64,000 bases of DNA. Origin: Thermoplasmatota archaeon. Its GTDB lineage: Archaea; Thermoplasmatota; E2; JACPAO01; JAHFTW01. The stretch spans positions 40,774-104,773 of the forward strand of contig JBFIHX010000005.1 in NCBI GenBank assembly GCA_041601615.1, read 5' to 3'. Below, piece by piece: positions 8,453-16,910 of this stretch (positions within the stretch are counted from its first letter, which is position 1; each line of letters begins with the position of its first letter). A program made the translations under genes and the position numbers. Under the pieces are notes generated by a model. It had not been told where the DNA came from. It worked only from the letters and a program-made list of their open reading frames with translations, and did not search any database.

Positions 8453-9550
8453 TTAGTCCCTCGGACCCTGATTCCTGCCCGTCCGCATCAACTTGCGCAC
8501 AAGGCGCAGCACAGAGGAGCCATGCGCCGAGCTGCTGGAATCAGCAATGGCATCGTCCAAACTAGGCACCATGACTCGGTTCCACGCATACCGAAACTGC
8601 TTGCCCGGCCGAATCCAAGCCTGGTACGCAAAATCCGTGGTGTTGCGCCACGGAAACGCAGACTCTTCCAGCCAGCCCGCACGAATTCGACGAGCCCATC
8701 GCCGAACCGAACGGGAATCCGCACGCCAGGCCACCGGCGACGAGCCCGGCTCCAGCACCTCCAAACACGCGGCAGTCAACGCCAAAATACGACGCGGTAC
8801 CACCACGTGCTCCGCGTCCTCTGGCCACATCTTGGTCCATTGCAAAATGTCACTCAGCCACAATAGCCTACGAAACGCCGATCCAGCCCCATGCAACACG
8901 AGATGAGACAACGCCGCCGAGCCCTGGGCCACTTGAATCGAGTGCCCCAGCAACTGCACGGAGGCAGCCGAGGAGAACACATTCGGCTCCTCCAGCAAAA
9001 AATTCCTCGTAAACAGCGACCAATGAACCTCTACCAGCACCGGGCCCCGCCGGACCGCAAACGCATTCGATCCCAACCGAACCCGAGGATCATCCAACCG
9101 CAGATCATGCACGGCTTCGAACCCGCCCGCCGCGAGCGCCAAAATCGCCGCCTCCACTTGTTCCGGTCGCACAAGCACATCCACGTCATGGCATGCCCGC
9201 CGCGTCGGGTCCGCGTACAAGAGCTGCGACAGCGCCGGCCCTTTCACAAAGACATGTGGGACACCCTCCAACAACGCAGCGACCTGAGAAACCGCCGCCG
9301 CCATCGCCAACGCCGTGCGAGTCCCCTCCCAATCCACATGCGCATCCAACCGATGCTTGCCCAGCGTAGCCTCGGCGTCCCTCGCCTCCAACCACGCTCG
9401 ACAAACCTCAAGACCACCCACCACAACACGGGCACAACCCGAGACAGAAATGGCTTTGCGCACCCAGGAACACGAAGCAAAGCCGTCGTCGCAAGCGGCC
9501 GCCTCGTTGGCAAAACCCGCCACGAAGCTCGCCAAACCGTCCACAGCCAC
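8453..9550 (-). CDS. Nucleotidyltransferase-family protein of the kind co-occurring with kinase-type lasso clusters
   Basis: 365 aa; the region HDVDVLVRPEQVEAAILALAAGGFE... resembles the uncharacterised nucleotidyltransferase family seen next to HprK-like kinases in lasso clusters. Family assignment is from memory and not checked. Confidence 0.5.
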   Translation of the reverse strand: MAVDGLASFVAGFANEAAACDDGFASCSWVRKAISVSGCARVVVGGLEVCRAWLEARDAEATLGKHRLDAHVDWEGTRTALAMAAAVSQVAALLEGVPHVFVKGPALSQLLYADPTRRACHDVDVLVRPEQVEAAILALAAGGFEAVHDLRLDDPRVRLGSNAFAVRRGPVLVEVHWSLFTRNFLLEEPNVFSSAASVQLLGHSIQVAQGSAALSHLVLHGAGSAFRRLLWLSDILQWTKMWPEDAEHVVVPRRILALTAACLEVLEPGSSPVAWRADSRSVRRWARRIRAGWLEESAFPWRNTTDFAYQAWIRPGKQFRYAWNRVMVPSLDDAIADSSSSAHGSSVLRLVRKLMRTGRNQGPRD

Positions 9551-9802
9551 CCAGAGACATCAGGAACACGGGCCCAGCGGCATCATGGCAACCTCCTATG
9601 GGGGCAGAGGTGGGCCTGCGCTCGCCCCCCTCGACTCAGCTGTTTGGTGCCCCAACTCTCATATACGCGACCCTTGTCGCGCGGATTGCATCGTCCAGCC
9701 TAACAAGGCCCGGCTTCACAGCCGGCGGGGACCGGAACGCTTGGCGGCTGGCCCGGAACCCTGGGAAAGAAGCGAAACCCTACCTACACAGGAGAAACAT
9801 CC

Positions 9803-10231
9803 ATGGCAACGGGAATCAACGCCGCCAGGAAGCTGAAGAACGACCGGCAAAAGTTCCGCTGGTCGGACCGCTACTACAAGCGCCGCGAACTGCGCCTCAA
9901 GGAGAAAGCCGACCCGCTCGGTGGCATCCCTCAGGCCCGCGGCATCGTCGTCGAAAAGGTCGGCATCGAGGCCAAGCAGCCCAACTCTGCCATCCGCAAG
10001 TGCGTGAAGGTGCAGTTGATCCGCAATGGCCGCCAGATCACCGCATTCGCGGTCGGCGACGGCGCAATCAACTACATCGACGAACACGACGAAGTGCTCG
10101 TTGAGGGTATCGGCGGCCGCATGGGCCGTTCGTACGGTGACATTCCTGGTGTCCGCTACAAGGTCATCAAGGTCAACAACACCTCCCTCGACATGCTTGT
10201 CAAGGGCAAGATCGAAAAGCCGATGCGGTGA
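9803..10231 (+). CDS. rps12: 30S ribosomal protein S12 (uS12), archaeal type
   Basis: [22 protein letters not shown]...[27 protein letters not shown] is highly conserved archaeal uS12. Confidence 0.95.
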   Translation: MATGINAARKLKNDRQKFRWSDRYYKRRELRLKEKADPLGGIPQARGIVVEKVGIEAKQPNSAIRKCVKVQLIRNGRQITAFAVGDGAINYIDEHDEVLVEGIGGRMGRSYGDIPGVRYKVIKVNNTSLDMLVKGKIEKPMR

Positions 10232-10890
10232 TCACGATGACTGACGAATCTATCATTCAGACGGAAGAACAGCTCGCGGAGGTCGCCGCAGAGGAGACCG
10301 CACCCGAGGAGCCCGTGGTCGTCCTGCCCGAGACCCCCCTCTTTGGTAAGTACGGCGCCGACGGCATCGAGATCCGCGACGTGGGCCTGGCCCGCTACAT
10401 TCGCCTCGAACTGGTCGGCTTGCCCCACAGCAGTGCTCGCCACGCCAACCGACGCTTTGCCAAGCAACGCGTCAACATTGTCGAACGCTTGATCAACAAC
10501 GTCATGCGCTCGGCTGCGTACAACGGCAAGAAGGGCAAGGCGTACAAGGTCGTCGAGGACGCTTTCGAGCGCATCGCCGAGAAGACCAAGGACAACCCGA
10601 TCCAGGCCCTAATCCGCGCTGTGGAGCACTCCGCTCCTCGCGAAGAGGTCACCCGCCTGCGCTACGGTGGCATCAACGTCCCCAAGGCCGTCGATGTTTC
10701 GCCCATGCGCCGTCTCGACATCGCTCTGCGCAACCTCGCAAAGGGTGGACTGGCTGGCTCCCACAAGAGCACCAAGCCCGCCGCCCACTGCCTCGCCGAT
10801 GAGATCATGAAGGCCGCCAAGGGCGACCCCGGATCCTTCTCGGTCGGTAAGAAGGACGAGCTTGAGCGCGTCGCCAAGTCTGCTCGCTAA
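10228..10890 (+). CDS. rps7: 30S ribosomal protein S7 (uS7)
   Basis: Conserved uS7 sequence (...[35 protein letters not shown]...). GTG at 10228 overlaps the S12 stop; the first ATG is at 10237. Confidence 0.95.
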   Translation: MITMTDESIIQTEEQLAEVAAEETAPEEPVVVLPETPLFGKYGADGIEIRDVGLARYIRLELVGLPHSSARHANRRFAKQRVNIVERLINNVMRSAAYNGKKGKAYKVVEDAFERIAEKTKDNPIQALIRAVEHSAPREEVTRLRYGGINVPKAVDVSPMRRLDIALRNLAKGGLAGSHKSTKPAAHCLADEIMKAAKGDPGSFSVGKKDELERVAKSAR

Positions 10891-10960
10891 GCTCGCAGCC
10901 TAGTCGACGCACTCAAGCATGGCGTCTTCGACGCCCGCCAGAGTCGGCACCGCCGACTCC

Positions 10961-10996
10961 GGCGAATTGGAACGCGTCGCCAAGTCTGCACGCTAG
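10961..10996 (+). repeat. Echo copy of the rps7 3' end (encodes [11 protein letters not shown]) about 70 nt downstream of the real stop
   Basis: Real end is ...gacgagcttgagcgcgtcgccaagtctgctcgctaa ([11 protein letters not shown]). Echo is ggcgaattggaacgcgtcgccaagtctgcacgctag. Most differences are synonymous. Confidence 0.6.
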
Positions 10997-11020
10997 AGCC
11001 TCGGCGTCTTCGAGAAAAAC

Positions 11021-11065
11021 ACCTTCACCCTCCTCTTCCAATCCTCTTTCCTTCGCTCCTATTTT
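11021..11065 (+). terminator. C/T-rich tract after the rps7 echo
   Basis: accttcaccctcctcttccaatcctctttccttcgctcctatttt. Confidence 0.2.
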
Positions 11066-11126
11066 GGGGTCGCTTGAAATGTGCGGCCCAATGTTCTTCG
11101 CCGTCGGCGCACGCCGGCAGGATGGG

Positions 11127-11540
11127 ATGAAGATGCACGAAACAACCACCGTGCGGTGGGTCCTCGTCGTGGACGATGATCCATTGCATCGGCTGCTGAT
11201 GAGAGACAGCGTAGAGCAAGCTGGGCCAACGAACACTTGGGTGCTGGAAGCGCCCGACGGAGCCACCGCTCAGTCGATTCTGGCAAAATTGCCTGCTCGC
11301 GCGGTGTTTCTCATGACGGACCGCAACATGCCGGGATCGATCCATGGAGACGCCCTTTTGGAAGGCCATCTTGCGCGCGGCGGAAGTGGAGTCTTGGTTA
11401 CTTCGGATGCACGATTCGTGGGGCATTCTCCTTACTGCATCCAGAAACCCGATCACATGACGGGCTGGGCCGAGCTTGGACGGCGAATCTTCACGGGTCC
11501 TCCGACCCATGCCTGGGCTCCATTGCTCATGTGTGGTTGA
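11127..11540 (+). CDS. Stand-alone response-regulator receiver (CheY-like REC) domain protein
   Basis: VLVVDDDPLHRLLMRDSVEQ...VFLMTDRNMPG... carries the REC acidic pocket and phospho-acceptor Asp context. Start ambiguous between 11064 and 11127. Confidence 0.5.
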   Translation: MKMHETTTVRWVLVVDDDPLHRLLMRDSVEQAGPTNTWVLEAPDGATAQSILAKLPARAVFLMTDRNMPGSIHGDALLEGHLARGGSGVLVTSDARFVGHSPYCIQKPDHMTGWAELGRRIFTGPPTHAWAPLLMCG

Positions 11541-11754
11541 TGAGGTGGGCTGGTGGCGCTGGTTGTTGCGGTCAGGGGTTTCCCGCGTCAAGGATGGGGG
11601 TGGAATGGGGCCTTGGGGCGCCGTGCTTCTTGTCCCGTGGCCCGGAGCGTCGAAGTCGCGGCTAAGTATCTCCGGATTAGATAGATCGGGATAGATAGAT
11701 AAGAACCACAGCCATCAGCCTAAAACGTACTGAACATTGTGGGACGCGATCGTC

Positions 11755-14700
11755 ATGCGAAAAATCATGGTCGTTTTCCTCGCTCTGCTGCTTCTGGCCA
11801 CTCCGTTGGCCGTTGCCCACAAATCCAACCACGAGATGCAGCACCAGGCGTGCGACGTGATGTGGATGACGCCCCATGGGCATGGCCCAGACGACGGCCA
11901 TCGACACGAACACGACCCGGACATAGCCGGCCCGGAGCACAAGGATCTGCACAACCACGACCCTTGCAACCAGAGCCGAATGACCTACCCGGACTACGAA
12001 AGTGTCGCGCCCATCACGGAAATAGATCCGCCGACCAAGGAGTTGGATCCGGAAGAAATCATCTGGAACGACAACGACGCGACCAACTCCGAGGTGTACA
12101 TCGGAGGCGAAGCGTACCAATTCCCCATCGCTCCCGGAACGTTCCAGGAGATCGATTCGCTGGTCATCAGCAGCAACGCTGACGCCGCTGCCCTCGCCGC
12201 CGCCGGAGTCATCAGTGGCACCGGCGACGAGGACGACCCTTACGTCATTCAGAACCTTATCGTGGGTCGTGCACTCATCATCAGTGACACGGACAAGTGT
12301 TTCGTGGTCAAGAACAACATTGTTGTTGATCGCGTGGTCGAAGCGCCCATCGTGCCGGACCCCGACGACCTCATTAATGTCACCAAGTTGATTCGTGAGC
12401 TCATCGAATTGATCGACGGGCTCCTGGCAGACATTGCCGAATACTTGGGCATCACGGAAGAACTGGAAGCGGCCCGCGCCCTCTGGGACGAGAACGCCAC
12501 AATCTGGGAAAACGAGAAGCTTGTGTGGGATGCCGAAGCGGCCGCCAAGCAAGCGCAATTGGCCAACATGAACGCCCGGTCTGCCTCCTACGACGCCCAA
12601 CTAGCGCAATGGCAACAGGATATCGCCAATTACGAGGGCAATTACCTCAATTCGATTGGCATCACTGAGCAACTCGCCTCCGACTTTGAATACTACATGG
12701 AGCAAATCCTCGGCTTCGACCCCACAACCGTGACGCAGCCGACCAAGTCGCACCAGCAATTCATCAACAACGGCCAAGTAGTCGACATAGGCGCGCTCCA
12801 GGACAGCTTCGAATCCTACCAGGACGATGCCAGCAAACTCATTGGCGCCGTCAGCGAGACCGGTCAGAATCCCTCTGAGACCAACTTTGACGTGCGCGAC
12901 ATGATCGACGAAAACCCGCCCGGTGCGACCCCGCCGGCCGGCTACTCCGGCTCCGACTGGAGCTCCGATTTGGCGCAATACGACGACTACCGTCAATGGA
13001 TCTTGGACGAAGTGACCAGCTACTGGGGCACCTTGAAGGCGGACGAGCCGGATTACGATGGTTTTGCCGCGTTCATGGAGGAGTACAATGGATTCCAGGA
13101 GGAGTACGCTGCCTTCATGGGAGAATACAACAGCTTCACGGCCAGCCACACGGCCTTCCAGAACGACTTCAATGCCTTCATGGACGACTACAGCAGTTTC
13201 CTCGCCTCGAACGCCGCATCCCTGGACGAATACAACGCCCTGATTGCCGACGCCGAGGCCGACATCGCGGACGCAGAAGCGCTCATCGACACCGTGCAAG
13301 GATTCGCCTGGAAACTGGGCGACCTCTTGTTCGAAACCATCGATCAAGTCCTAGAGCACCTCTTGACGCTCATCTTCGGCCTCATCGACCCACACGACCC
13401 GCACGAAGTGGCCAACAACAACGGCCAATTGGTGCTTGACTGGAACGGCCAGTGCCTGCACGTCTACAACAACGTGATCAACGACTTGCGCGTCAACCAG
13501 AACAACGATCGCACCGGCTTTGCCACCGGGGGCATCCTGGAGAACAATCGCATCTTTACGATTGGCCAGATCCGCCACTACGACGGCATCTTCCGCGACA
13601 ACGAAGTAGGCAACCGAGCCCACTTGTACAGTCTGATTGATCCGAACATCACCGCGCCGACAAACGACCAGTCGGTCAACAACGATGGCGCCAACCAAGG
13701 CTGGTACTTTGACAACGTCATCTACGGACAAGTGGACCTTGACTTCCACGGACACCACCACTCGGCGGGCTTCTTTGCCCCCGAGAGCCACTTCCATGGC
13801 TCGGTGTACCGTGAAGCCTACATGGTCAACACCGACGGTTCCTGCAAATTCACCCACGACGATCTGATGCCGATGCCCGGGCACCACCAGATGCACGAGA
13901 GCGACAACGACTTCGAGGTGCTGGGCGAAACCATCATTGATGGCCCGGACAACGAACCTTGCCTGCCGCATCATGACCACGGCAAGCGCTGGACATCCGT
14001 GTTTTTCAACGACAATGTGATCATTGATCCAAACGGGCTTGGTCTGCGTTTCGAAGACGAAAACCACCGCGCCGACGACGAGCAAGCGAACTCGGAGAAC
14101 ATGCGCGAGCTCAAGAAGCCGCACTTCCACCAGAAGTGGGTCCAAGTGGAAAACAACACGGTCGTGGGCAAAATCTTCATTGATGTTCTCAACGCCAAGG
14201 GCACGTTCCTGTGGAGCGACGACTGGAGCGAGGTGGAGAACACGGCCGGCATCGAACGCAGCATCGAGGCGTTGGATCACCCGGGTGCTCGCATCGCCTA
14301 CAGCCACCCGATGCGCAACGACGCCTGGCTGGATATCCAAAACAACACGGTGCTCCAGACGCAGAGTGTTGGTGTCTTGGTGTCGGATGCGGAGTTCATG
14401 ACGAAGCTTCAGTTGAACAACAACCGCGCTGTGGGCGCGCCGACCTCGATCTCGGGCTACAGCTTCGAAGCGCTGCGCGATTGGCTCTGGAATGCCCGGT
14501 ACGCTTCGGCCGCCTCGATTGCGGACGACGTGGACGACATGGGTTCCGGTGACCGCGGCGTGCAGAACTTTGTGCTCGTGCGCAATGCAATCGACAAATT
14601 CAACGTAGTCTTCTGTGGCAACACGCTGCACCGCTTGGACGGCAGTCTTGTGGCAACGGATCGGATCTACCAGGACGGTGCCAGCACCATCGATTACGAC

Positions 14701-14925
14701 TGTACCTCGGACAACGACGATGATGGTCTCAAGGCCAATGAATTGGGCACGGCTGCTTCGCCGCTCGTTGCTTGGGTGCCTGCGCCGGATCGGGCTCGGT
14801 TCACGGACGGGTTGCGCGAGTTGACGCACGACACGGACTCGTTCTACCTCCTGGAACTGGCGTTTGACATGGCCGACGCATTGCTGCCGGCGCACCCGGA
14901 AGACGCGCTCCCGGTGGAGACGTGA
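11755..14925 (+). CDS. Large, highly acidic secreted protein (about 1,056 aa), hypothetical
   Basis: Signal peptide MRKIMVVFLALLLLATPLAVA. Extremely Asp/Glu- and His-rich, with coiled-coil-like repeats (EYNGFQEEYAAFMGEYNSF...). No recognised catalytic motif. Confidence 0.6.
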   Translation: MRKIMVVFLALLLLATPLAVAHKSNHEMQHQACDVMWMTPHGHGPDDGHRHEHDPDIAGPEHKDLHNHDPCNQSRMTYPDYESVAPITEIDPPTKELDPEEIIWNDNDATNSEVYIGGEAYQFPIAPGTFQEIDSLVISSNADAAALAAAGVISGTGDEDDPYVIQNLIVGRALIISDTDKCFVVKNNIVVDRVVEAPIVPDPDDLINVTKLIRELIELIDGLLADIAEYLGITEELEAARALWDENATIWENEKLVWDAEAAAKQAQLANMNARSASYDAQLAQWQQDIANYEGNYLNSIGITEQLASDFEYYMEQILGFDPTTVTQPTKSHQQFINNGQVVDIGALQDSFESYQDDASKLIGAVSETGQNPSETNFDVRDMIDENPPGATPPAGYSGSDWSSDLAQYDDYRQWILDEVTSYWGTLKADEPDYDGFAAFMEEYNGFQEEYAAFMGEYNSFTASHTAFQNDFNAFMDDYSSFLASNAASLDEYNALIADAEADIADAEALIDTVQGFAWKLGDLLFETIDQVLEHLLTLIFGLIDPHDPHEVANNNGQLVLDWNGQCLHVYNNVINDLRVNQNNDRTGFATGGILENNRIFTIGQIRHYDGIFRDNEVGNRAHLYSLIDPNITAPTNDQSVNNDGANQGWYFDNVIYGQVDLDFHGHHHSAGFFAPESHFHGSVYREAYMVNTDGSCKFTHDDLMPMPGHHQMHESDNDFEVLGETIIDGPDNEPCLPHHDHGKRWTSVFFNDNVIIDPNGLGLRFEDENHRADDEQANSENMRELKKPHFHQKWVQVENNTVVGKIFIDVLNAKGTFLWSDDWSEVENTAGIERSIEALDHPGARIAYSHPMRNDAWLDIQNNTVLQTQSVGVLVSDAEFMTKLQLNNNRAVGAPTSISGYSFEALRDWLWNARYASAASIADDVDDMGSGDRGVQNFVLVRNAIDKFNVVFCGNTLHRLDGSLVATDRIYQDGASTIDYDCTSDNDDDGLKANELGTAASPLVAWVPAPDRARFTDGLRELTHDTDSFYLLELAFDMADALLPAHPEDALPVET

Positions 14926-15413
14926 GCGGTTCCGGTTCCTTGTCCTCCATTTTTCCCGTTCCGGGACTGCTTCTTGGCTTGGCGGCGGTGGCGTTGCTTG
15001 TGACGGCCTTGCCGGGCATTCCGGTCGTGGAGCCGGAGGAGGGCTTTGCTGTGTTTCACATGAACAGCGCTCTTGCGGAGGGCAATTCCAAGTTCCAGGA
15101 GATCTTTGTCGTGGACCGGGTGGCGCCGGATTTGGCGGCAAACATCGAGGGCGTGGAGATGTTTCTGGATGGCGAGCCGTTTGCCGTGCTGTGGGAGCCG
15201 GCGTCGGGGCCGTTGCAGCGCAATGCGACGTTTTCGTTTGTGATGGAGGCGTTTGACCAGCAGCAGGTGTTGACTGCGAAGTGGCAGGGCGAGGAAGTGA
15301 TGCGCTGTCAATTTGGAGGCGGTGCCGGTTTTGCGGGGCTGCATCCGGATGAGCTTCGCAGCATGGGTCAGGGGCACAAGATTCGTTGCCTGGATGGGGC
15401 CGCAGACGGCTGA
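14922..15413 (+). CDS. Small membrane-anchored protein, translationally coupled to the acidic protein (GTGA overlap)
   Basis: N-terminal TM segment (LLLGLAAVALLVTAL). GTG start overlaps the upstream TGA. Confidence 0.4.
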   Translation: MSGSGSLSSIFPVPGLLLGLAAVALLVTALPGIPVVEPEEGFAVFHMNSALAEGNSKFQEIFVVDRVAPDLAANIEGVEMFLDGEPFAVLWEPASGPLQRNATFSFVMEAFDQQQVLTAKWQGEEVMRCQFGGGAGFAGLHPDELRSMGQGHKIRCLDGAADG

Positions 15414-15740
15414 TTGGTCCGAGCGGGCCCGAAGGATGGGGTACGGTTGCTGTGTTCGCAGCGAGTGCCTTGCCGGCGGCCTCGTTTCAAACGAGGCGGG
15501 CTTGTTGCTTCGTGCTGGTGCGTTCGGCGGCGTCGCTTGCGGCGTGACCGTGGCTTGGGGTGGGGCAGGAGCGGATGGGGAATTGTTGCGGGGCTGCAAG
15601 GCGGTTGGGTGGGGGTTGCGCGGTTCTTCGTCGGAGCACGAAGGACGGGTCGCTCGCCGCAACGCTCGTTGCGTATCGTTCCCGAGGCCACCGCGGGTGG
15701 CCGCAAGGAGCACAGATGGGCTGGCAATTCAGTCCGGAAC

Positions 15741-15778
15741 ATGGGGTGAAGGAGAGGGGGAAGTGGAGAAGGATTCGG
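15741..15778 (-). terminator. Polypyrimidine tract on the minus strand (purine-rich on plus strand) just past the end of the giant-protein operon
   Basis: Plus strand ggggtgaaggagagggggaagtggagaaggattcggg, located after the stop of the 15786..16910 gene. Confidence 0.2.
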
Positions 15779-15785
15779 GCCTGGC

Positions 15786-16910
15786 TTAGATAAGCGCCAT
15801 TTGGTAGCCGTTGCCGGTTGCGGCTTGGTGTTCAAGGGTGTACAAGTGGTACATGTGGCCCTCGGCAACACCCATGTTGTTGACGTCGAACACGAAGATC
15901 AGGAACTCGATGCCGTTGTTGATCACGGCAAAGTTGGCGCTGCTTGGGACCGATGCTTCGAGCACTGCCCGCTTGGCGCACGCGGTCAAGTCGGTGTCGC
16001 AGCAGCGGTTTGGATCCAATTGGCAGGGCACATGCATGGCCCAGGCGAGCGGCAGGACGGGAGCGTAGAGCACTTCGACGTTGATGGTGTCTGTGCGGCT
16101 CTTGCCGGGCACGCATCCAAAGAATTCAGCATCGTATTCTAGGCACACTTGTGCGCTGGCAATGGATTGGACGTAGCCCGTGTCGGCGGCGGCTTGCACT
16201 TGGAATCCGTGTGCTTCGTGGACGAACTCCAGCATGAATTTGATGACGATGTTGCAGATTCCGGGTTGCCCTACGATGCCGAAGCCGATGCGGTCGTCAC
16301 GGAAATCCATGAGATTTCCGGCGGTTTCGTTGTCGTGGTTGCCGCCCTTGGTGTAGCGCTCTAGGGAGTTGAGCGCCAGTGTGGGTGCAAGCATGTCGTG
16401 GACTTGCCCATCGATGCAGTCTGCTTGTAGGGTGACAAATTCCATGCCGCGCGAGGTTTGTCGCGCGGTCCACTGGTTGGTGCCTGTGGGTTGGGGAGCC
16501 TCGCCTGCTTCTCGATCCAAACTTGGGAACCATCCGTCTCCAGGTTCGATCCAGAATGCGATGGGTTTGAACATATCCGCAGTAATGTGGACCGTGCCGT
16601 TGACAAAGCCTCGTTGTTTTTCTTGCAGTTGCGGCAGCAGGGCATCGGTGGGTGCGTGGGCGATGCCGCTGTCGCGAAGATCTTCGACATCCTGGGCCAT
16701 GGGGTCGTCGGGGGTTCCCATGGTCAGATCCTGACCTATGCGGCTGATGGTCCAATCGATGGTCGTTTGGGATGTCTCAAGCACGGAGCGTTCCAGTTTT
16801 TGTGTGCTGGATGGGTTCAGCTTGAGGGCCACGCCGGTTACGAGTGGGACCGCGAGTGTGGCCGCGACCAGGAGGGCGAGTGTCATCTTTTGTTTCTGAT
16901 TCATGTTCAT
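15786..16910 (-). CDS. Secreted protein (374 aa), hypothetical; coupled to the giant protein by an ATGA overlap
   Basis: Signal peptide MNMNQKQKMTLALLVAATLAVPLVTGVA. Its ATG overlaps the TGA of the 4,717-aa ORF (caATGAacATGA on the minus strand). Confidence 0.55.
   Translation of the reverse strand: MNMNQKQKMTLALLVAATLAVPLVTGVALKLNPSSTQKLERSVLETSQTTIDWTISRIGQDLTMGTPDDPMAQDVEDLRDSGIAHAPTDALLPQLQEKQRGFVNGTVHITADMFKPIAFWIEPGDGWFPSLDREAGEAPQPTGTNQWTARQTSRGMEFVTLQADCIDGQVHDMLAPTLALNSLERYTKGGNHDNETAGNLMDFRDDRIGFGIVGQPGICNIVIKFMLEFVHEAHGFQVQAAADTGYVQSIASAQVCLEYDAEFFGCVPGKSRTDTINVEVLYAPVLPLAWAMHVPCQLDPNRCCDTDLTACAKRAVLEASVPSSANFAVINNGIEFLIFVFDVNNMGVAEGHMYHLYTLEHQAATGNGYQMALI

Noticed and set aside
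14922-15413. The 163-aa ORF as a mere overlapping artefact of the acidic protein gene
   Set aside because: Not rejected as a gene. It has a GTGA coupling start and a clean TM helix, so it is kept at low confidence.
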